Assembly: GCF_006345805.1 (NCBI RefSeq)
Contig: NC_042999.1
Span: forward strand, 40,486,001-40,550,000
DNA: 64,000 bases
Origin: Octopus sinensis
Lineage: Eukaryota
Direction: 5' to 3'
Position 1 is the stretch's first letter. Every line of letters begins with the position of its first letter. The position numbers were made by a program, and so were the translations under genes. Of this stretch, positions 54,174-64,000 are shown piece by piece. Below the pieces are notes generated by a model. It did not search any database, was not told the DNA's origin, and worked only from the letters and a program-made list of their open reading frames with translations.

Positions 54174-54455
54174 ACATATATATATATATATACATATATA
54201 TACATATATATATATATGTATGTATATGAATATATATATATATTTGTATGTACGTTTATACATATAATATTTATATACATACAAATATACACATATACAC
54301 ACATTCATACATGCATGCATACATACATACATACATACATGCATACATACATACATACATACATGCATACATACATACATACATACATGCATACATGCAT
54401 ACATACATACATACATACATACATGCATGCATGCATGCATACATACATACATACA

Positions 54456-54489
<34 letters not shown>

Positions 54490-54595
54490 GATACAAACAT
54501 ACATACATACATACATACATACATACATACATACATACATACATACATGCATGCATGCATGCATGCATACATACATACATACATACATACATACA

Positions 54596-54629
<34 letters not shown>

Positions 54630-54659
54630 GATACAAACATACATACATACATACATACA

Positions 54660-54693
<34 letters not shown>

Positions 54694-54715
54694 CATACAT
54701 ACATACATACATACA

Positions 54716-54749
<34 letters not shown>

Positions 54750-54765
54750 CATACATACATACATA
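54035..54765. repeat. (CT)(TA)(CATA)n array with higher-order internal duplication
   Basis: The unit containing catgcatgcatg...acatatatagatacaaac occurs twice. Confidence 0.95.
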
Positions 54766-55159
54766 AAAGAATTTATGCGCGTCAAAATTCATCTTTTATA
54801 TTTTTGTTTTCGAAATCACAAACGAAAATTCGTATTTAACTATGATGAATGCTTGAAATGATGCCAAGGTTTTTATATGTTTTTTTCTTCAACCTTTATC
54901 GGCAAATACGATTTTGAATCTATAATAGATTATTTAATTCCCTGCTGTTCTTTAATCTCTTTTCTTCTCTAAATGTTCAGCCAATTTCAGATTTCTAGAC
55001 TTGATATAACGTACTTTTAATGCCATTCAGTCGCCCAGTAGCGTTTGCACTGCTAATGTACACGGATGTTCAGTTATATCACAGTATTCCTTCGCAATCG
55101 CACGCACAACTCAAATGCATACAAGCACACAAGCAAGTGTATATAGTTAATAACTCGCT

Positions 55160-55227
55160 AGATAGGTAGGTAGATAGATAGGTAGGTAGGTAGGTAGATA
55201 GATAGATAGTTAGATAGATAGATAGAG

Positions 55228-55323
<96 letters not shown>

Positions 55324-55340
55324 GGCTAGATAGATGGCTG

Positions 55341-55387
<47 letters not shown>

Positions 55388-55392
55388 GGCTG

Positions 55393-55463
<71 letters not shown>

Positions 55464-55468
55464 GGCTG

Positions 55469-55502
<34 letters not shown>

Positions 55503-55505
55503 CAG
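55160..55505. repeat. (TAGG)/(GATA)n array
   Basis: Direct reading. Confidence 0.96.
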
Positions 55506-55554
55506 AAATAGTCTTCTGTATATATATATATAACAATATATAACAATATGTAAT

Positions 55555-55629
<75 letters not shown>

Positions 55630-56217
55630 TACATATATATATACATCCATATATATATATAGATAGATATACACACACGCACACATTCATACATAGATAC
55701 TTACATACGTGCATACATACATAAACACATACATACTTATAACATATATGTGCACCTTGATTGACCGCGTGCATCTGTGTGTGTATTGTCGTATATATAA
55801 TGTAAGCAACCCTTCAGTAGAACAGGTATACAGTGTCACCTCTTGCCGATATATCTCCGTACACAGCCAAATCTTAGTCAGATGAAACTTCAGATTTGGC
55901 AATGTTAATATTCAAATTTACAGTCGGTCATACGTTAATAAATACCTTCAAATTGAATTATATTCGGTGTGCAATTTAACCGGTTTACCATTAGCATATA
56001 TTAGAACTAAAGAAGTTACAGATGAGACAAGAAGTTCTCATCAAACTTGCTAGAAGTAGCAACGATATCCACGAAGTAAATTTAATAGTCTTAAGTAATG
56101 AAACTTATTAGTTAATACCGCTTAGGCGTAGCCGTGGCTGTGTGGTAAGGATCTTATTTACGAACAACATAATTCCGTTTTCAGTCTCACCACTATCTTC
56201 TACTCTAGGCAAGCCGA

Positions 56218-56600
56218 CCGAAGACGACGCCGTGGTGATCTCATTCTCGCTCACAACATCATAAGCGGAAAGTGTAACCTCTCGAAAACGCTGTTCTTCA
56301 CTCCTGCTCCAGAGCGTCGCTGCGAGGTCACTCCGAAAAGCTCTATCTGCGACGATTTCGTCTCAATCGAAGGAGAGGGGGCTTTCTCCGTCCGGGTTGC
56401 GGATCCGTGGAATACGCTGCCGGACGAGATAGTGAAGATGCCGACGACCGCTCGGTTTAAAGTCTCTCTTGACCAGAAATGGCCTGAACTCTTTGCATGA
56501 ACACCCTCCCTGTACATAACTCCATGTCCCCCTAAATGGCCTTACGTTTTGCTTTTTGAGCCAAAAAATTAACTTAAACTTAACTTAACTTAAACTTAAA
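56218..56600 (+). mobile_element. CR1-type LINE 3' end with (TTAAC/TTAAAC)n tail
   Basis: RRRRGDLILAHNII..FF..RGHSEKL..RR..FSVRV.DPWN.LPDEIV..FK..LD (one frameshift); preceded by a SINE A head fragment at about 56125-56220. Confidence 0.88.
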
Positions 56601-57190
56601 GATTTGTGAATGTGCATGAGTGAATATATGTATGTATATATGTTCTCTTCTGTTTTTCACTATTTATATTCTACGTCTGAGGACGGAGCTCTCTGCTAAT
56701 GAAAATACAAAGCTCCGACCTTTGAATATATATAACAAAAACAATATCACATTTTAAATGTCTTACATATTTTTACTGTTCTACCTACGCTTAGCATGTG
56801 CAATGTGTGAGCTACTTTCAATTTTTTTGAAAAGTGTTTTTTTTTGCAATATGTCATTTAGGCATATACTCACAAAACCAAGAGCGCCTGTTATTGCTGG
56901 TATAAATGTGAATTTGTAATCTAGATATAGAAGATGGTGTTTTCGAAGTAGTTGTCCATAGATATCGTTTTTCCTTTCGATTTTCAGAGATATTCACAAC
57001 AGCAAAGCACTTGAGCTCTATGAGGCTATATATTTTTCTTCTCTGGCCATGTGTACATTAAATGCATGTATGAGTGCATGTTTGAATGTGTGCATGTGTG
57101 TATGTATGTGTGTATGTATGCATGTAAGTATGTACGTATGTACGCATGTACGTATGTATGTAGGTATTACGTACGTATGTATTTATATAT

Positions 57191-57412
57191 GTGTACGTGT
57201 CTTTGTCTGTCCCTCACCATCGATTGACAACCGGGGCTGGTTTGGTTGCATTTCCATAACCTAGCGGTTCGGTATAACTTACCGATACTACAAATAGCAG
57301 GTTTAAAAATATAGGCAGAATGAGGGAAAGCGATTCATTTGACAAAATCCTTTCGAAGCAATGCTACAGCATGACCACAGACCAATGACTGAGACAAGTA
57401 AACGATAAAGAT
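57191..57412 (+). mobile_element. SINE family A, diverged 3' half
   Basis: taacctagcggttcgg..cagcatgaccacag..atgactgagacaagta. Confidence 0.75.
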
Positions 57413-57413
57413 A

Positions 57414-57818
57414 TACTCTTTTACTCTTTTACTTGTTTCAGTCATTTGACTGCGGCCATGCTGGAGCACCGCCTTCAATCGAGCAACTCGACCCCGCGAA
57501 TTATTCTTTGTAAGCCCAGTACTTATTCTCTTTTGCCGAACCGCTAGGTGACGGGGACATAAACACACCAGCATCAGTTGTCAAGCAATGCTAGGGTGAC
57601 AAACACAGACGCACAAACATACACTCACACATATATATATATATATATATATATACGACGGGCTTCTTTCAGTTTCCTTCTACCAAATCCTCTCACAAGG
57701 CTTTGGTCGGCCCGGGACTATAGTAGAAGACACTTTCCCAAGGTGCCACGCAGCGAGACTGAACCCGGAACCATGTGGTTGGTAAACAAGATACTTACCA
57801 CACAGCCACTCCTGCGCC
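57414..57818 (-). mobile_element. SINE family A, full length
   Basis: Reverse complement of family A. Confidence 0.93.
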
Positions 57819-57824
57819 ATATGT

Positions 57825-58077
57825 ATAATAAAGGTTTCAAACTTTCGCACAAGGCCAGCAATTTCGGGGTTAATAGGAATCGATAACATTGACTCCAGTA
57901 CTGAACTGGTACTTATTTTATCGACCCCGAAAGGTTGAAAGGTAAAGTCAACCTCTGCGGATTTTGAACTCAGAGCATAAAGACGGAGGAAATGCCGCTA
58001 TGCATTTTAACTAAAGATGGAGGAAATGGTACTACGCCTTTTAACTTACGTTCTAACGGTTCTCCCAGCTCACCGCC
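57825..58077 (-). mobile_element. SINE family B
   Basis: ctggtacttattttatcgaccccgaaagg..aaagtcaacctc. Confidence 0.88.
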
Positions 58078-59239
58078 TGCCAATTATTATAATATTACGA
58101 TGTAGTCCCGAATTATACCTGATCTTAATGCAACTAGACATGTATTTCCACGGTGATAAAATCTGAAACGAAATATTATAGTATTTAATAAAGAAAAATC
58201 GAAAAGTGTAATGTAAAATAATACGATTTTTGTTCTTGGTTAGCTACTGTTTATTCCTTATTTGCTTACCCGTAGAAAGTATGAAAATGGCTAAAATTTC
58301 AGTCAAAATTTGCTTTACTTGCATTTATTCAAGCCCCAATGAATCCCTTTCAACACATAGCTATGATGCTCCACTGCAACTCCTGCTCATGATCAGAGAT
58401 GCACATATTTTCAGCCACTAAGGGATACAATCAAGAGGTTAATGTCAAACAACTGACAAGCAACTCGGTGGTATAGAGCAGAATTTTTGCTATAACAATA
58501 TTTCTGCTTCAGCAACTCAGTGCTGAATCTGTCTGAAATGTAATGGAAAACAGGTCAGTTTCAAAACCTTGATGTCCAGGTCATAAAGGCATAATGGGAA
58601 GGTAATAATTGTAATAGTTGTTATGTCCTTTGCTTTCTAGATAGAAGCAAATAGGAAATAATACTTACTGACCAAAGACTAAAATATATAAATTATGTTT
58701 CACAGTGTAAAGTGCGTAGATGCAAGCCAAGGTAAATAACTTTGTTTAAGGTTTATTGACACCTTTCACTCAGGGATTTTTGGTCATAGCTTAATGATAA
58801 ATTTGTCTGTCATACACTTATTTTATACAGCGTAGACAATTGCCACAGAGATATCAATTCCACATAAAATAGAGTGGATTAGGCATAAATTTTATCCTGC
58901 TTCAGCAGCACTAACTGGTTCTTAGATTATTTTAGCAGATTAAATAGTATTCTATTTTAAGTATTCAGTTTAGAATTTCTGTTCACAATTTCACCACATT
59001 TGTCTTGCAAATTTTTATCTGCAGAAATCTAAGGTTAGAGTTTCAGCCAGATTTCTACTCATATGGGCTTTTATGCAACGGTTTTAGTCCTTGATCATAC
59101 AGAGAGGCATAGAAGGGGGATAGAGAGATGGATATAACAAACATACACATTTACATAAATACAAATATACGCATCAATACACATCTATATAGAAGTGTAT
59201 CTACCTTTAACCGTATGTGCGCGCCCGTGTATATATAAT

Positions 59240-59293
<54 letters not shown>

Positions 59294-59304
59294 ATATATA
59301 TATA

Positions 59305-59430
59305 CTAGCAGAGGTACTCGGCGTTGCCGGCGATGAAATTTTTCCTTATATATTGGAAGAAGAACGCAAATACGTTGTATAGAAATTTGTTATTCCAAAT
59401 TCAACTTATTCTTTAAGAAATCAATTCTGA
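59305..59430 (-). mobile_element. Helitron 3' end (truncated)
   Basis: rc ...CGGCAACGCCG-AGTACCTCTG-CTAG|T; same terminal pattern as 42492. Confidence 0.6.
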
Positions 59431-59432
59431 AT

Positions 59433-61896
<2,464 letters not shown>

Positions 61897-62475
61897 TTTA
61901 ACTGGTCAATTACTGAAATATGTAATCTTGAGAGAAAAATACGAAAACTGTTGACAATGCATAGAATGCATCATCCTAAGGGAGATATAGAACGACATTA
62001 TTTGCCAAGAAAAGAGGGAAGCCGTTGACTTTTACAATTTGAATTAACAATGAAGATTTCCACAATTGGCCTTGACAACTACCTGAAAACCTTGAGGACT
62101 GGATGTTAAAACTTATCTCAAAACATGAAACAAGAAAGCATCATACTCAGTAACAAAACAGGCAAAAGAATATATAAGTGAATTCCAAATACAAATTCCA
62201 AAATTAGACGTACTAGAAAGAAGCACAGAAAAATCTAAGCGTATGTAAACCCGTGCTAAAACTGCTACCTTAGATATTCTGACTGATAAATGGCACGAAA
62301 AACCTCACAATGGCAAATGCCCAAAGAGACCGAATAATGCCGATGTTGACAAAGACCTTACTCATCAATGGCTAATGGCTTGTGGCTTAAAATCTGAAAC
62401 AGAAGGGTTTATTATAGCAACTTAAGATCAATGCCTACCTGCAAGGAACTACCAGGCCAAACTTATTAAAGAACA
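61897..62475 (+). mobile_element. Second, diverged R4/Dong fragment (post-RT region)
   Basis: NWSITEI..L.RKIRKLLTMHRMHHPK.DIER.YLPRKEG.R.L, KW.EKP.NG, T.QWL...GLKSETEGFIIA..DQCL. Confidence 0.88.
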
Positions 62476-62686
62476 TGTTGTCATGTATATGTACATACAT
62501 AAATATATAGGCATACATCTTTCTTTTGTGTGTGCGTGTGTGTGTAGAGAGAGAAAGAGAGAGTGCCACATCAGTCTCTCTCTCTCTCTCACACACACAC
62601 ACATACATACACAGATAAAAGCTGTATGTATTTACGTATGTACTATACATGACAACACACCCCTTCACTCACACACTCACACACAG

Positions 62687-62718
<32 letters not shown>

Positions 62719-62892
62719 GTAAATGTATACAAACGTGCATACAAAAAGACACGAGTGCGTTGGTGACTGACTGCAAATACATAGAGCTGAACACGTCGTG
62801 CAAAAAGAAAATACGATAAAAATTTTTTTACGGAAATTAACGAAATGTGCGAGTTCAGAACGAAATGAATCCTGGTGGGGGCGCGAGTGTGA

Positions 62893-62940
<48 letters not shown>

Positions 62941-63532
62941 CAGACAGAACCTTGCAAACAATGAATGAGATAAACATGGAATGAAAAAATCGTATAAATA
63001 AAGGCACGTTAAAAAGTATCTTTGTACCGAATATTTAAATTTGTGAACTTCGTAAATATTTCTTTCAGTAAGTTATCGTAGTTGTTTACAAATAGCGAAC
63101 ATTTAAATAGAGACTGAGAGACTTCGCCGTTTTTATGTCAATACCGGAAGTTGATATTGAGAAACCTTTTTAAAGAAGTGAATCGTAAACATAAAGCAAT
63201 ATTTTTATATTTTTAATAAAAAAAAAGATCAAATGAAAACCCTATTATGTGGCCGAGGTCAAATTATTCATGCATCACAACTATGGCAGTAACTGAAGCC
63301 GTTTACACGTGAAAAGTGAATACACATACTTCTATATTTTTTATATATAGATTACAACATATATATATATATATATAATATATATATATATATTATATAT
63401 ATATATATATATATATTACATGATAATATAGATATGGATGATTAGGAAATTCTATCATCGTAGTTAGTTCTAGTTGTCTCCCTTCTATTCTTTCATATGT
63501 GCTTTCCATATTATTTTAATTTACTCGTATGT

Positions 63533-64000
63533 TGTGACCCCTTCGGTCATGACTGACCATGGGATTTCACCTAAAAAGTTATCCTCCAAGGCAATATTCT
63601 GGGCAAGGTTAGAAGACCAGCAGTCGCCCACTCGTACTAGCCTCCCCTCTCAATGCCACCGATGTTATCCAAGGGAAAGACAAAGGCTGATACAGCTTGG
63701 CACCAGTGACGTCGCAGCTCATTTATTAACGTGCAAGTGGCCGAGCATTTCACAGACACGTGTACCTTTAACGTGTAACAAGGCTGTCCCTTTGAAATAC
63801 AGGTACAACAGAAACAGGAAGAAAGAGGGAGGGTAAGTTGTGGTGAAAGAGTACAGCATGGTTCACCACCATCCCCTGTCGGAGCCTCGTGGAGCTTTAG
63901 GTGTCTTTGCTCAATAAACATTCACAATACCCGGTCTGGGACACGAAACCGCGATCCTACGACCAGGAGTCCGCTGCCCTAACCACTGGGCTATTGTGCC
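63533..64000 (-). mobile_element. Composite SINE: family D head + family E body + family C body
   Basis: 63810-64000 matches 44840-44990; 63728-63810 matches 44178-44295; 63533-63725 matches 23975-24170. Confidence 0.85.

Noticed and set aside
56670-56730. CTGAGGA followed by GGAGCT/AGCTCC stem
   Set aside because: The second half-core reads GACC rather than GAAA, with no stem III.

Overview
This is repeat-saturated, AT-rich animal genomic DNA. The SINE families and microsatellite load point to an octopus (coleoid cephalopod); the species call is an inference. There are no prokaryotic genes, CRISPR arrays, rRNA or genuine tRNA genes, and no intact multi-exon gene can be built. Nearly every ORF in the supplied track is a microsatellite translation. 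The window holds (1) dozens of copies of about five tRNA-derived SINE families; (2) decayed LINE-type and Penelope-like retroelements: two CR1-type pieces, three Penelope-like (PLE) RT/GIY-YIG pieces, and two R4/Dong pieces sitting in (TAA)n; (3) DNA-transposon relics: a palindromic mariner derivative, a mariner right end, pogo- and hAT-like MITEs, and a non-autonomous Helitron with clear termini. One host-gene-like sequence is present: about 50 codons resembling the IFRD1 N-terminus (minus strand, 19302-19532), apparently truncated and possibly retroposed. The most interesting signals are a set of minimal type I hammerhead-ribozyme motifs in PLE terminal repeats, including one fused behind a tRNA-like Pol III head directly 3' of a PLE (7921-8185); a 256-bp near-perfect hairpin (3467-3722); a GC-rich Neptune-type PLE that is compositionally foreign; and a CpG-depleted unique island (58261-59100) containing a 21-nt microexon candidate. 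All family assignments were made by eye and need database confirmation.
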